A DNA stretch of 64,000 bases from the human T2T-CHM13v2.0 reference genome, Homo sapiens, in assembly GCF_009914755.1 (NCBI RefSeq), contig NC_060947.1, one strand, 5' to 3'. Made by a program: the position numbers and the translations under genes. The notes beneath the pieces are model-generated. The model was not told where the DNA came from. It did no database searches and worked only from the letters and a program-made list of their open reading frames with translations. Positions 40,886 through 62,019 of this stretch are shown piece by piece. Numbering within the stretch: the first letter of the stretch is position 1; the number at the start of each line of letters is the position of its first letter.

Positions 40886-43584
40886 AGTATGATGTTGGCT
40901 GTGGGCTTGCCATAGATGGCCCTTATTATTTTGAGGTACAGTCCTTCAATTCCTAGGTTTTTGAGGGTTTTTAACATGAAAATGTGTTGAATTTTTCAAA
41001 AGCCTTTTCTGTGACTATTGAGATGATCATGTGGTTTTTGTTTTTATTTCTGTTTATATACTGAATCAAATGTGTTGATTTGCATATGTTGAATCAACCT
41101 TGCATCCCAGGAATAAAGCCTACTCAATCATGGTGAATCCACTTTTTGATGTGCTGCTGGATTAAAGAAGTTTTCCTTTTTTGTTGTGACTCTGTCAGTT
41201 TTAGAATCAGAATGATGCTGGCCTAATAGAATGAGTTATGAAAGAGTAGCTGCTTGACTTTTTGGAATAGTTTCAGTAGGATTGGTACTAATCTGATGAT
41301 TGGCACCAATCTTCATGTGTCTGGTAGAACTCAGCTGTGAATCCATCTGATCCAAGGCTTTTTCTGGTTGTTAGGTTTTTTATTACTGATTCAATTTCAG
41401 AACTCATTATTGATCTGTTCTGGTCATCAAGTTCTTCCTGATTCAATTTTGGAAGTTTGTATATTTTCAGACATTTATCCATTTATTCCAGGTTTTCCAG
41501 TTATTGTGCATAGAGATGTTCATAACAGTTTCTGAGTATATATTTCTGTGGGGTCAGTTGAAATGTCACCTTTGTCATTTCTGTTAGTGTTTATTTGGAT
41601 CTTCTCTCCTTTTTTTTTAATTAGTCTAGCTAGTGGTCTATCAATCTTTATTCTTTTAAAAAACCAACTGTTGGTTTCATTGCTCTTTTGTATGTATTTT
41701 TGCATCTTTTTAATACAGCTCTGATTTTGGCTATTTATTTTCCTGCATCAGCTTTGGGGTTGTATTGCTCTTGTTTTTTAGTTCCTGTAGGTGTGCTATT
41801 AGGTTGTTAATTTGAGATCTTTCTAACTTTTTGAAGTGGTGTTTGGTGCTATAAACTTTCCTCATAACACTGCTTTATCTGTGTCTCAGAGATTCTAGTA
41901 TGTTGTAATTTTGTTTTCATTAGTTTCAAATAATTTATTTATTTCTGCTTTAATTTCATTGTTTACACAATAGTCATTCAGTAGCATGTGTTCAGTCTCC
42001 TTGTAATAGTGTGATTTTGAGAGATCTTCCTGGTCTTGATTTCCATTTTTTTTGTATTCTGTGCTCCAAGAGTGTGGTTGGTATGCGTTCAGATTTCTTG
42101 AATTTGTTGACAATTGCTTTATAGTTGAGCATGTGGTCAAACTTAGAGTATGTGCCATGTGTAGATGAGAAGAACGTATAGTCCCTCGTTGTTAGGGGGA
42201 GTGTTCTATAATTTTTTTTGGGTCAACTTGGTCAAATGTTGGGTTTAGATCTTGAATATCTTCATTAGTTTTCTGCCTTGATGAGATGCATAAAACTCAG
42301 TGGGTTGTTGAAATCTTCCACTATTATTGTGTGGTTATCTAAGTCTCTATGTAGGTCTCTAGGAACTTGTTTTATCAATCTAGGTGCTCCAATATTGGGA
42401 ACATATATATTTAGGATAGTTAATTCTTCTGTTGAATTGAGTTCTTTGTCATCATGTAATACGCTTCTTTATCCTTTTTTATCTTTTTTGGTTTAAAGTC
42501 TGTTTTGTCTGAAAGAAGAATAACAATCCCTGCTCTTTGTTGTTTTCCATTTGCTTGATAGGCCTTTCTCTGTCGCTTCACTCCAGGTCTATGCATGTCA
42601 TTTTCTGTACCACGGGTCTTTTGAAGACAGGATACAGTTGGGTCTTGCTTCTTCATCCAACTTGCCACTCTGTGCCTTTCATGTGTGGTGTTTAACTTTA
42701 TTACTTTCAAGGTTCATTTTGATATGGGAGGATTTTATCTTGCCATCATTCTGTTAGCTGGTTGTTATATAGACTTGATTGTATACTTGTTTTATATTTT
42801 CAGTGGGCTATGTAATTAACTGTCTGTTTCTGTGGTGGCAGGTAATGGTCTTTCGTTTTCATGTTTAGCATTCCCTTAAGGCAGGTCTGGTGGTAATGAA
42901 TTCCCTTAGCATTTACTTGTCTGATAAAGGTTTTATTTCTCCTTCATTTATGAAACTTAGTTTGGCTAAATATGAAATTCTTATTTGGAATTTCTCTTGT
43001 TTAAGGACACTGAATATAGGCTCCCAATCTCTTCTGACTGTAGAGTTTCTGCTGAAAGTCTCACTTTTAGCCTTGATGAGGTTTCCTTTGTATGTGACCT
43101 GCCCCTTCTGTCTAGATGCCTTTAATTTTTTTTTCAAACTGACCATAAAGAATTTGATGACCATGTGTTTTGAGGATGGTCAACTTGTATATTTTGCAGG
43201 GGTTCTTCAAATTTTTCTTTCCTCAGTATGGTCTCTCCTTCTGTTAGTACTTCTAATTGCATTATGAAATTCTTGTAGTGAGTTTTTCAGCTCCAGTTGA
43301 TCATTTTGGTTCTTTCTTAAAATGTCTCTTTAGTCTTTTAGCTCTTGTATCTCTTTTTATTGGATTCGTTAACTTCTTTGTGTTGGGTTTCAACATTCTC
43401 CTGAATCTTGATGATCTTCATTGCCATCCAGATTCTGAATTCTAGGTCTGTCATTTCAGCCATTTCATTATCAATAAGAACCATTGCTAGGAATCTAGTG
43501 TGGTTATTTTTATGTAAGAAGACATGTTGGCTTTTAGAGTTGCCAGAGTTTTTGTGCTAGTTCTATCTCATCTGTGTGAGTTGA

Positions 43585-43587
<3 letters not shown>

Positions 43588-43622
<35 letters not shown>
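43588..43622. repeat. (TG)n microsatellite within L1
   Basis: Directly visible. Confidence 0.95.
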
Positions 43623-43625
<3 letters not shown>

Positions 43626-46600
43626 TTGCTCTCTGGCTGGGGATTTTTGCTTTTATATTCTTTGTGTCCTTGATGCTTTTACTGTGGTATGAGCTGGGTT
43701 TCTTCTTTTGGCTTTCTGGAGGATTTCAGTCAACCAAGGCTCAGTTCAACACTTCTGGGCTGCTCTGTAGATCTAGGACCAGGCTTCTGCTTTTTCCTCT
43801 GGCCCCCTAAGTTTAAGCACTTTCTGCACTGGAGGGTCCAAGGTGTTCCCAGTCCACTGGCAACGGGACTCTAATGGGAGTGGGGTGGGGCGTGCAGAGG
43901 CTGAAGGCCAACACACTTCGGTGGGAGATGGCAACACAGAAGGGGTTCCCTTATGCATGTGTGCCACCAATGGGTCACCAATGGGTTCCTCAAATGTGTG
44001 TGTGCCAGTGGCTGGGTGGCAATGGAGTGGAGGCAAAGTCAACATGTTTATGTGTGCCAGCAAAGCAGCAAGATGAGGCTTCAGGTGATGTGCATCAATG
44101 AAACACTGAAGTTGCAGGCCAGTGTGCACCAGCAAAACAGTGTGGGGAGGCTGTGGGTAAGTATGTGCCTGTGAAGCAGTGGAAGGAGATTGTGGGTGAA
44201 AGTGTGCTGGAGAAGCAGTTAGGGGAGGGCACCTGTGGGGACCAACCTACAGAGGCTCTCTGACTGTTAGGCATGGTCTGCCAGCAAAAGAACTATGGTG
44301 GTGGCCTCTGGCAAGTGCCTTGACTAGGCAGCTGAGGCCATGCTGCAAGTGGGTGCAGCCAGGCAGAGAACTTGTGGTAGGCCAGCAGAAAGGGGGACAC
44401 ATAGATCAGATTGGCTTAATTTCATAGGCAAGATAGCCCTGCTCTGTCCAGATTCATCAACCAACAAAAGCTAAATCCATCTAGAGGGATATGGTGAGCC
44501 TTGGGGAATGGGCACCCATGGCCATGCTCCTCTTCAGCTATTCCTATGCCAAACGCTCTGTGCTTCATGAAGGTTGGAGTTCCATCTCTGTCAACTTTCT
44601 AGGCAGTTGTTTCTGCCAACTCAAATGTCCATGGGGGCCATGGCATCTCCTGCAGCTAGGATTCTGGAGGTTTGTGGTAAGAAGGTGCTAGTTCAAGACT
44701 ATTTTACTTACCTTTTCCCCAGGAGCTGCTCAGGCTCAGGAATTCATCCTGTTGTTCAATAATCACATGCAGGGTTCTCAGCTTCCTTCCCTTTCAGTCC
44801 AGGGTCTGTGTACTCCTCCCCTACACTGTCAATGCCTTCTTTCTGAAGACCTGTTTGGAGTGCACCTGTCTTCTTGTTGGTCTGTCTGGTCTCTCAGTGG
44901 AAGAAGTTATTCCTGTCAGTATCTAGTTAGTCACCTTATCTCCATGTTTAACCATTGACTTTGAACCTGTAATTAATTAGTAACAGTTTCATATTAAAAT
45001 AAACACTAAAAATTATATGTCTAATGAATTTGTAAATATTTGCTATCACATTATTATCATTATTATTATTCTTAATATTATTTTGCTTCCCTATACTCTC
45101 CTCTGCCTTTTAATTTTTTTGTTACTTTCTGTCTTTATACAATACTATGTGTCCATCAGTGCATAGATATGCTTAATTAAAGAAGAGGGTCAATTGCTGT
45201 AGCTCTTGACAGAATGCATTATTTCAAGTAACAGAGATAATTGGTATAATCACTAATGTCTTGCATGATTTCCCACTTCCTTGACAAGGTTTCTAAACAG
45301 CAAGCTTTTGATTATTTTGTTTTCTGAAGTGATGGTTTCATCTGTATAGTTTCCTTGGTTTCTGGATGATGCTGTAACATAGCTTGTGAAATTTTAAAGG
45401 ACAACCGATGGCTTCTTCTGAATGTTCTTTGCAGCAGAAAAATCCTTGGTTATAGAAAGTTTTAAAATAGCAGAAATTGATTTTCTCTCTAAATTCACAG
45501 CACAGCTAAATGTTAATTGGAAGTTATACAACAGAAAGGATAACTGATTTAACCATTGATCTTTACATTTCCCATAATTCTCTTTTGTTGCAATGTTTCT
45601 GGTTAAGATGAAGTATGAGGAGTTTTTCTGGTGAGAACTGAAGGTCAGAAAAGAGACAGGAGCCATTTTATAACACACACAGATACTAATCCACTGACTC
45701 ACTCCCTTAATGTGATGCGGTAGCTGGGCCTGCAATTGCTGTCACTTGCCCCAGAATATTTCCTCAGTGTCTCTGATTCCTTGACCAGTTGTATTTGTGT
45801 TTAGTTCTGTGATAATAGGTCCTGGGTTCTGCAGCACACCGTCATCATCAAGATCAAAGGCTACAAGAATGAAGGGGGTTTCTGAGCTTAAGTTTTTCAA
45901 GTATATAATTAACCTTTATCTCATTCCTATAATTCTTTGGAGATTTACGCTACCAGCATTACACGAAGATGACTTGATAACTAGGAACTTGTTTACTGAA
46001 TAGTACTGCACATTCTAGAGGTCAGTCATACAAATTCCTGAACTAAAAACAACTATCATGATTGAGCACTTCATTTCTCTCCCTCAGCTTGTGGAAGTAA
46101 TTTTTAAGCAGGTGATTCCAAAGAGTTAGTCTTAGATATATTTTGCAGTAACTCTTTGCAAATATAGCCTTAGAGCCATATTTTAATGCTGCAATTCTAT
46201 AAATGTATATAAATATAAAACATTTTATCATAAATGTAGTTCTATATGACTGGAAGACTAGATGTCAGTTGTTTACATAACATATCAAGAACATCAATGC
46301 AGCTAGCATTTTGGAAAATTGGCCAGCAATATTTTAGAAAATCAAGGAAGAAATGAATTTCTAGACACATTAGTTTGTTTCTAGGAACTCACTCTAACTT
46401 TTGTTGGTGTTATTTTTGTTGCATCTCAAATTGAGAGTTGTGCTTTCCAATTTGTAAAAGAAAAATCATTATTTCATTGCACAAGAGATTTAAACAACAT
46501 AATATGGCAAAAGGTCAATGAGCATAGTATATTTTTAGCTTCTGTTTCAAAGCTTTTAAGGAGTCATTGTAAAATGCACCACTAACCATGAAACAGGATC

Positions 46601-47029
46601 CAATACTTGTCAGTACAATATGTGCGATACATGGGCATTCTTAAATTTCTTAGAAAGGTTGGAGGACAATTACAAAGAAAATCCTCATATTATAAATTTG
46701 TCCAATATGATTCTTTTAAGACTCAGAAATATTATAGAAAGAGTAATTATGGCCTTTCTGATTCCAGCTGTGTTCCTGAAGAAATCATCCAAGTAATTAA
46801 AGTGTCAATTCATTGGAAAGAATATATTATAGTCACTTAGTAGCTTGAGAAATATTAGAGCTCCTTTTCTCCTTTCCCAATATTTTAAAATCATGCAGCA
46901 GTATTTTATTTATGTGAACAGATAGACATATTATTATCTGATTTCAAGTTTACTGGTAAATATCTGTGTTACATACTGAGATGCAGAGTTCAGATGACCC
47001 TCTAAAAAGGTCATCCTGCTTTGAAGTGT

Positions 47030-47912
47030 GTGGTTAGCTGATGGCCTCCAGCTGTGAGAGGCCTCACAGAAGAAAGCCTCAGCTTTTGGGCCAAGGTCAT
47101 GCTCTTGTTGAAGAGGATCTCAGCCAAGGACTAAGCAAGAACAAAGTCTAGCTATTTCTGCCCAATGTGAGACTTCTCTAATGATGATACTTGCTGTAAA
47201 TCCACTTGTTAGACTGGCAAGGACTTTGTCAGGTCTGCATCATTGTCGGTGGTTTCTCTCTGCATCAGTCTCCAATAAATCTTTTGTGCTCCTAAGTGTA
47301 TCAGTGTCTGCATCCCATAAAACACCAGCACAAATGGTCCACAAAAATAGGTGGGAAATATGGAATTTGAGGGCATAATCACTTTTGACTGCATTTCTGC
47401 AACGATGACCCCATGTTTGGTTTTTGGTGGAATATAGGCAGCCACTTGTAGAATGTAGTAATATAATTGTTAAAACTTTCACCAATGGTAAGTTTGGAAA
47501 ATTTGCTGACAGAGAGCATTATACTGATCAGTATAATGATTTAGATATTTTAAATTTCCTGGTGATAGGTAAATAAACCAATCACAGAATTTTGTTACTG
47601 CTACTCACTAAGTTACATGGAAACCCTATAGGCTGAGGTCACATTCTTCTCAAGGTGGCTCCCAGTCGTTGATCAGGAAATATTAATACCATAGCCTGGC
47701 CATTTCTGCCCAATGTAGGACTAATGGTCAGTCTTTGCTACCGCACTTCCCATTGAGCTGGTAAAGACTTTCAGGTCTCCATCACAATCTGATGTCTTAT
47801 CTACCCAATCTTGCTTCCTCCCCTTTCCTTTCACAAGTGTTAATCACCAATAAAACCTTTGTACTTCTATCTTTGTATCATCATTTCCTTCCCAGAGACT
47901 CTTATCAGCACA
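47030..47912 (+). mobile_element. Two LTR16-like ERVL LTR fragments (47030-47332, ~47630-47912)
   Basis: Shared blocks aggtca(t/c), tttctgcccaatgt, actttc/gtcaggtct, caataaa in both copies. Confidence 0.6.
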
Positions 47913-48249
47913 CTATGAATCCAAAAGTTTGGTAGGAAATGTGACCAATTAACTACTTGTGCTAATGACTTTATCTTACATACTGTAAAATATTCCATAC
48001 GTTAAAAACTTAGAAATGAACTATGTTAGTGACTAAAATATCTTTGATGCTTGAGAAGGTATTTTGAAATTGATAACAAAATCTATTGTCCTAAAATCCT
48101 AAAAGTGTTTGAGAAAATGATCTGGTGCTTTTCATCTACATGTTTTCTAACAGTGCAACTCTTTTTTGGTAAACATAGAATATAGAATGAGTACATGTAT
48201 GTATATATATTCAATATACTGTGTGAAGATCATCTTTGAGCTAGAATAC

Positions 48250-50020
48250 ACTTCAATTGATAATACTCCTTTCTTTTTGAAGAAACTGTTGTTTAGAAGA
48301 CATTGAAATTAAGGTTAGTATAAACTAGTATTTTTCAAAGTGTCGTTCATCAATTTGTGAGACATTTTTAGGGAATTCAAAAAATCAAACTATTTGCTTT
48401 TTTTTTACTATTTTGTTATTTGCACTGGTGATGCAAAAGCAGTGATGGTTAAAACTGTATCTTAGCACGAAACGAGGTAGTGGCACGAAACTATTTTAGC
48501 AATAGTTGTATTTTTCAGCAGCATTCATTCATTGAAGGAAAAAATTATTTATTTTAGTACTTATGGATGTCCTTTGTAAAGGAGTAACAATTACCAATTT
48601 TACCATATCTTGATCATTGACTACATATCTTTTTATTATTCTGCACAACAAATGAAAATTATGCTTAAAAAATTTATGCTTCATACTGAGGTACAAAGCT
48701 CTATTCATTTGGTTTGGTTTTGGAAGTATACATATATATTTTAATAAAAATATTTGTTCAGGTTAACATCTACTTGGTTATTTGATTTTTTCAAATAAAT
48801 AAATAAATAATTTCCAAAATTTATCTTTTAAATTTCTGATATGAGAAATATCAATAGGTATTGGGGGAACCTGCCCCCAGTATTTCAACATAGGTTCTTT
48901 CTATTTTCCATAAGTGTCAGCTGGCTGAGAAATAAAGAGAGACAGTATAAAGAGAGGAATTTTACAGCTGGGCCACCAGAGGTGACATCACATATTGGTA
49001 GGACCATGATGCCCACCTGAGTCTCAGACCAGCAAGATTTTATTAAGGATTTCAAAAGGGGAGGGGGTGTAAGAACAGGGAGTAGGTACAAATATCACAT
49101 GCTTGAAAAGGCAAAAAGCAGAACTACTAGTAAGGATCTAACAAAGATCACATGCTTCTGAGGGAACAGGACAAAGGGAAAAAGCAGAACTACTGATAAG
49201 AGTCCAACAAAGATCACAAGGCAAAGGGCAAAAGCAGAACTACTGATAAGGGTCTATGTTCAGCGGTGCACATACTGTCTTGATAAACATCTTAAATAAC
49301 AGAAAACAGGATTTGAGAACAGAGAACCAGTCTGACCGCAAATTTACCAAGGCGGAGCTTTTCCCCACCCTAGTAAGCCTGAGGGTAATGCAGGAGACCA
49401 GGGTGTATCTCAGTCCTTATCTCAACTGGATAAGACACACATTCCCAGAGTGGCCGTTTATAGACCTCCCCCCAGGAATGCATTCCTTTCCCAGGGTATT
49501 AATATTAATATTCCTTGGTAGGAAAAGAACTCAGTGATATCTCTCCTACTTGCAGGTCCATTTATAGGTTCTCTGCAAGAAGAAAAATATGGCTCTTTTT
49601 GCCTGACCCCGCGGGCAGTCAGACCTTATGGTTGTCTTCCCTTGTTCCATAAAAATTGCTGTTATTATGTTCTTTTTCAAGGTGCACTGATTTCATAGTG
49701 TTCAAACACACATGTTTTACAATCAATTTGTACAGTTAACACAATTATCACAGTGGTCCTGAGGTGATGCACATCCTCAGCTTACAAAGATAACAGGATT
49801 AAGAGATTAAAGTAAAGACAGGCATAAGAAATTACAAAAGTATTATTTGGGAACTGATAAATGTCCATATTAAAATGAAATCTTCACAATTTATATTCCT
49901 CTGCCGTGGCTCCAGCTGATCCCTCCATTTGGGGTCCCTGACTTCCCGCAACAAATAGGTGTAACTTACATAAACAAAAGTTATTTGAAGCCTCAGACTT
50001 TTAATTGGAACATAAGACCA
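48250..50020 (+). mobile_element. Charlie1-type hAT remnant, split by MER11
   Basis: gcactggtgatgcaaaagca...gcttcatactgaggtac; 3' end acataaacaaaag resumes after 49959. Confidence 0.65.
48859..49953 (-). mobile_element. MER11-family (HERV-K/HML-8) solo LTR
   Basis: gggggaacctgcccccagtatttca...ggggtccctgacttcccgcaaca; 6-bp TSD AATAGG at 48853-48858 and 49954-49959; internal aaaagcagaactact tandem units. Confidence 0.93.
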
Positions 50021-50314
50021 AAAAAAAAAAAAAAACAAAAACAAAAAACCCAGACAGTTGCTCAATAAATAATTTCCTTCCCCGTAATTATAATTTGTAA
50101 GTCACAGAAAATTTGGATATTTCTAGGAAAACATACAATATTAAAATCAGAATAATTGGTAAATAATAAAGATTCTGGAATATATATCATAATTTTGAAG
50201 TCCATTTGGTGATAGGATAAAGAACTATACATGGTTTTATGTTTTGAAATTTTGAGTTAATTAGCTCCACTATTAGCCACTTTAACATTTTATTAACTTT
50301 TTTTTTCTTTCTTG

Positions 50315-51898
50315 TAACATGATGGCAGAATAGGAGATTATGAGTTTACTTGCCCCTACAAAAAGCAGCAATTTGACAGTTATCTATTAATGAAAATAAC
50401 CGTGGAAGTGCTCAGGACTCCACCTAAGCTATAGCAATACAGTGGAAGGAAAAACAAATTACAAGGATAGGAAGAATAGGTTCACTTTTCCTGTATCATC
50501 CCCATCTCCCAGGCCAGAACGGCTCATCATGAAGATGGAACCCCCTGGCTCATGAGTGCTCCCTTACAAAGAAAAAGAAAGTAGGGAGAACAACCATCTT
50601 CCCCAGCCTACTGAGGCACTGCCCAAATGACCAACTACAGTTTCACTCAATCCCCATTGCCTGGGAAACCAACATAGCTGAGATACCTAGAGACACAGGT
50701 GAAAAAAGAAGAGGGATAGGGTCTATCAGTGTTAGCCATGAAGCAGGAACCATCACAGTTCCCAGTGGCCTGCTCTGTACAGCACTCCAGCTGACTTCTC
50801 TTCTGATGACCTCATCAACCCTTAGGGTCCTCATGAATGCCCTGCAGCTTTCACCACTGATTACCCGAAACCCCATAGTGTTCACCATAGCCAACCCTAG
50901 GAGCTTGTATTATAGAATACCCTAGAAGCTTTTCCCCTGAGGAAACTGACAGCCAGAATAGCTGCAGCAACCCTCCTAAAGTTTTTGCTGCTTAGAACCT
51001 TGTAGTGTTTTTTTTTTCCTACACAGTCTCCAGGTGCTTGTGCCACCACTCCTGCCCTCCTCATTCTTTATTCAACCCAGCTGCTGCTTTTAAGGCTGAT
51101 CTACCCCAGAACCCCAGAAAACTCACTACACATGTGCCCACAAATGGCCATGAGCTCCCTGACACTGGTTTGGTTTTCATATAGGCAGATGTGAGTTCCT
51201 GAGGCTGACCCCTACACTCAGTTAGTATATGCTACCAGCTCCAGTCTCCACAGCTGTGCCTGCATAAATAACTGATCCTGCTTCCAGGTGCCTGCCCAGG
51301 TGATCATGCTCGCATCCACAGTTAGTGCCTGCAACTGTAGAGATGTGCACAACTCCAGCTTGGGTCATAGCTGCCCACTCACATGCAGCCACCCTGACTC
51401 CTGTAACCAGCACGTAGCTGGCTCCTGCAATTGTGCATGTTCACATTGTCAGCCACCAATATTATACATGCACTCACAATCAGCCCCTGCCTCTGCTGCC
51501 ATGCATGTGACTGCAGCCAGGACCCATAGCTAGCTCTGGTCCCCACTGCTACTTGCCCCTGCCTCCTGACACTGGACGTAGAGATGCCATCCCAACAAAC
51601 CTTACATCCACAGCAGAATTCCCACAGCTCTTGCCAATGAGGACAACAAAGTTGCCAGCATCACATTACAGACCACTATTGCCGAGCTGATGAACTGTGC
51701 ACCCCACAGTCCTGGAGCCGCCACATACTCCCATCCTTGGTGCCCTGTGCCTCTAGACCCAATGCCACAGCATGCCACAACATGCTGTCACTTTTCCTCT
51801 GCAGGATAAGATTTTGCCTTACCAAAGCAATTCCACCATAATGACTGGAAAAGGTGACTGCTTCTTCAAAATGTAAAAACACCTTCATAAAACTACAA
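50315..51898 (+). mobile_element. Old L1 5'UTR (L1M-type)
   Basis: Starts gatggcagaataggag, GC-richer repetitive body, ends gactggaaaaggtgactgcttcttcaaa. Confidence 0.65.
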
Positions 51899-51924
51899 TG
51901 CAGAAATTCATAGGACCATCAGGG

Positions 51925-56435
<4,511 letters not shown>

Positions 56436-56689
56436 AAATAAGTGTCAGTCTCGGATATTTCAGGAATGGGCCAGGATATATAAAGGGGAAAAATAACATG
56501 CTTCATAGAAAAAAACATAGGGGTAAATTCTTAGATGTTAACTGAGCTTTTACCAATTGAAAGATGTATTTAGTGTTGCAAAACTGTATATTTAAAAATA
56601 CAACATACCTTAAATAGGCAAATACTTTACTGAATTAACTTATATTTAAGTCTGTTACAGGAAAGAGATTGACCCATGTTCTCTTGCCT

Positions 56690-59473
<2,784 letters not shown>

Positions 59474-59529
59474 TTTTCTGATAATTTTTATTTGAAAAAC
59501 AATGCACTCAATTTATACGTCACCATGGC

Positions 59530-61520
59530 ATATTCCCTCAGGCTGTTCTTGTGATAATGAGTGAGTTCTCATGAGATCTGATGGTTTTGTAAGTCAGTTT
59601 TCCCTGCTTTTGCTCTTTCTCTTTTACCTGCTGCCATGTAAGACATGCATCTTTCCTTTCTGCCATGATTGCAAGTTTCCTGAGGACTTCCCAGCCATGT
59701 GGAACTGTAAGTCAGTTAAACTTCTTTTCTTTATGAATTACCCAGTCTTTAGTATGTCTTTACAGCAGTGTAAACATGGACTAATACAGTAAATTGATAC
59801 CACAGAGAGTGGGGTACTGCTATAAAGGTACTTGGAAATGTGGAAGCAACTTTGGAACTGGGTAACAGGCCAAGGTTAAAACAGTTTGGAAGGCTCAGAG
59901 AAGACAGAAGATGTGGGAAACTTTGAATCTTCCCAGAGATTTATTGAATGGTTTTCACCAAAATGCTGATAGTGATATGGACAAATGAATCCACGCTAAG
60001 GTGGTCTCAGATGGAGATAAGAAACTTACTGGGAACTGGAACAAAGGTCATTCTTGCTACGCTTTAGCAAAGAGACTGACAGCATTTTGTCCCTGCCCTA
60101 GAGATCTGTGGAACTTTGAACTTGAGAGAAATTATCTGAAATTGGGATTTATGTTTAAAACGGAAGCAGAGCCTAAAAAGTTTGAAAAGTTTGCAGCTTG
60201 ATGATGCAATAGAAAAGAAAAACCCATTTTCTGGGAAAAAATTTAAATCAGCTGCAGAAATTTGCATAAGTAATGAGGAACCAAATGTTAATCACAAAGA
60301 CAATAAAGAAAATGTCTCTAGGGCATGTCAGAGGTTTTCAAGGCAGGCCTTCTCATCACAGGCCCAGAGGCCTAGAAGAAAAAAAATGGTTTCATGAGCT
60401 GGGCCCAGGGCCTTGATGCTTTGTGCAGTCTTGGAACTTGGTGCCCTGTCTTCCAGCCATTGCTAAAAGTGGCCAACATACAGCTCAAGCCATTGTTTTA
60501 GAGAGTGCAAGCCCCAAGCTTTGGTGGTTTCCACATTGTGTTGGGCCTGTGGGTGCACAAAAGTCAGTAATTTAAGTTTGGGGAACCTCTGTCTAGATCA
60601 GAGGCTGTATGGATATGCTTGGATGTCCAAACAGAGGTCTGCTGCAGGAACAGGGCCCTCATGGAGAACCTCTGCTAAGGCAGTGCAGAAGGAAAATGTG
60701 GGTTGGAGCCCCCACACAGAGTCCCCAGTGGGGCACTTACTAGTGGGGCTGTGAAGAGGGCCATTATCCTTCAGACCCCAGAATGGGTTGCAGGCATCGA
60801 TAGCTTGCACTGTGGAGTTGTAAAAGCCATTGACACTCAATGCTAACACATGAAAGCAGCCATGGGTGTTTCACCCTGCAGAGTCACGGGGATGGAGGTG
60901 CCCAAGACCATGGGACTCCACCTCTTGCCTCAGTGTGACCTGGATATATGAGACATGAAATCAAAGGAGATTATTTTGGAGATTTAAGATTTAATGACTT
61001 CCCTGCTGGATTTTGGACTTGCATAGAGCCTGTACCCCTTTATCCTGGCCAAGTTCTCCCATTTAAAACAGGTGTATTTACCCAATGCCTGTACCCACAT
61101 TGTATCTTGGATGGAACTAATTTGTTTTTTATTTTACAGGCTCATAGGTGAAAGAGACTTTTCTTGTCTCAGATGAGACTTTGGACTGTGGACTTTTGAG
61201 TTAATGCTGAAATTAGTTAAGACTTTGGGGGACTGTTGGGAAGGCATAATTGGTTTTTGAAATGTGAGAATGTGAGATTTGGGAGGGGCCAGGAGTGAAA
61301 TGATATGGTTTGGCTCCGTGTGCCCACCTAAATCTCATCTTCAGTTGTAATCCCCATAGTCCCCATGTGCTGAGGCAGGGACCAGATAGGAGGTGACTGA
61401 ATCATGGAAGCATTTTACTCCATGTTGTTTGAGTGATAGTGAGTGAGCTCTCACAAAATCTGATGGTTTTATAAAGCAGTTTTCTCTGCTCTTGCTTGCT
61501 TTCTCATACCTGCCACCATT
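59530..61520 (+). mobile_element. THE1D/MSTA-type MaLR: partial 5' LTR (to 59788), internal region, partial 3' LTR (from 61301)
   Basis: ggactaataca|gtaaattg; internal WNKGHSCYALAKRL.AFCPCPRDLWNFELER; tgatatggtttggct at 61301. Confidence 0.9.
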
Positions 61521-61524
61521 CCCA

Positions 61525-62018
61525 CTGATAAATCTCATTGTGTTTCGCTGAGAACTCCCCAAGCAGCCTCTGTCAAGGCTGAGACCTCTGCCCACGATTG
61601 GGCATTGCATTTACCCACCTTCTTTAGGCACGACCAGTTTTTACCCATGGACATCTCCCCTACTAGCCTGAAGCATGAATTATTCAATCCAGTAAATAAA
61701 ATAATGTGAAAGGATAAAAAATAAATAAATAAGTGCACACCATTGGGGAATGAGACAAGCTTGATAAGACCTCTGCTATTCTAACCCTACAGGAGGTAGT
61801 AAAGTTGCTCACACATTGAACACATCACTACTACAACCACCATCTAAGAAAGCCATCATAGAAGACTCCCTATAACCCAGAAACCTATACAGCATCTGAA
61901 AGCAGTGAAAGCCAAATATGCTACAATAAACCATAAACATTAAAGTCACAACCTTAAGGGAAAAAAAATCTAAAAAACCTAGTCAAATCAAATACAAATA
62001 TAAGAATAATTAGAAAAA
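61525..62018 (+). mobile_element. Old L1 5'UTR distal fragment
   Basis: cacatcactactacaacc...agaaagccatca...aaacattaaagtcaca resembles L1PB/L1M 5' regions. Confidence 0.5.
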
Positions 62019-62019
62019 A

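Larger units (their letters stand above)
39667..44949 (-). mobile_element. L1 (L1PA15/16-like), 5'UTR to poly-A with large internal deletion
   Basis: 3' end at 39667-39960; ORF2 EN/Z pieces 40885-42710; ORF1 C-terminus 42913-43164; TSD aactattgactt (39655-39666) / aaccattgactt (44950-44961). Confidence 0.88.

Noticed and set aside
41288-43164. L1 ORF1/ORF2 fragments as active genes
   Set aside because: Fragmented by many stops, frameshifts and deletions.
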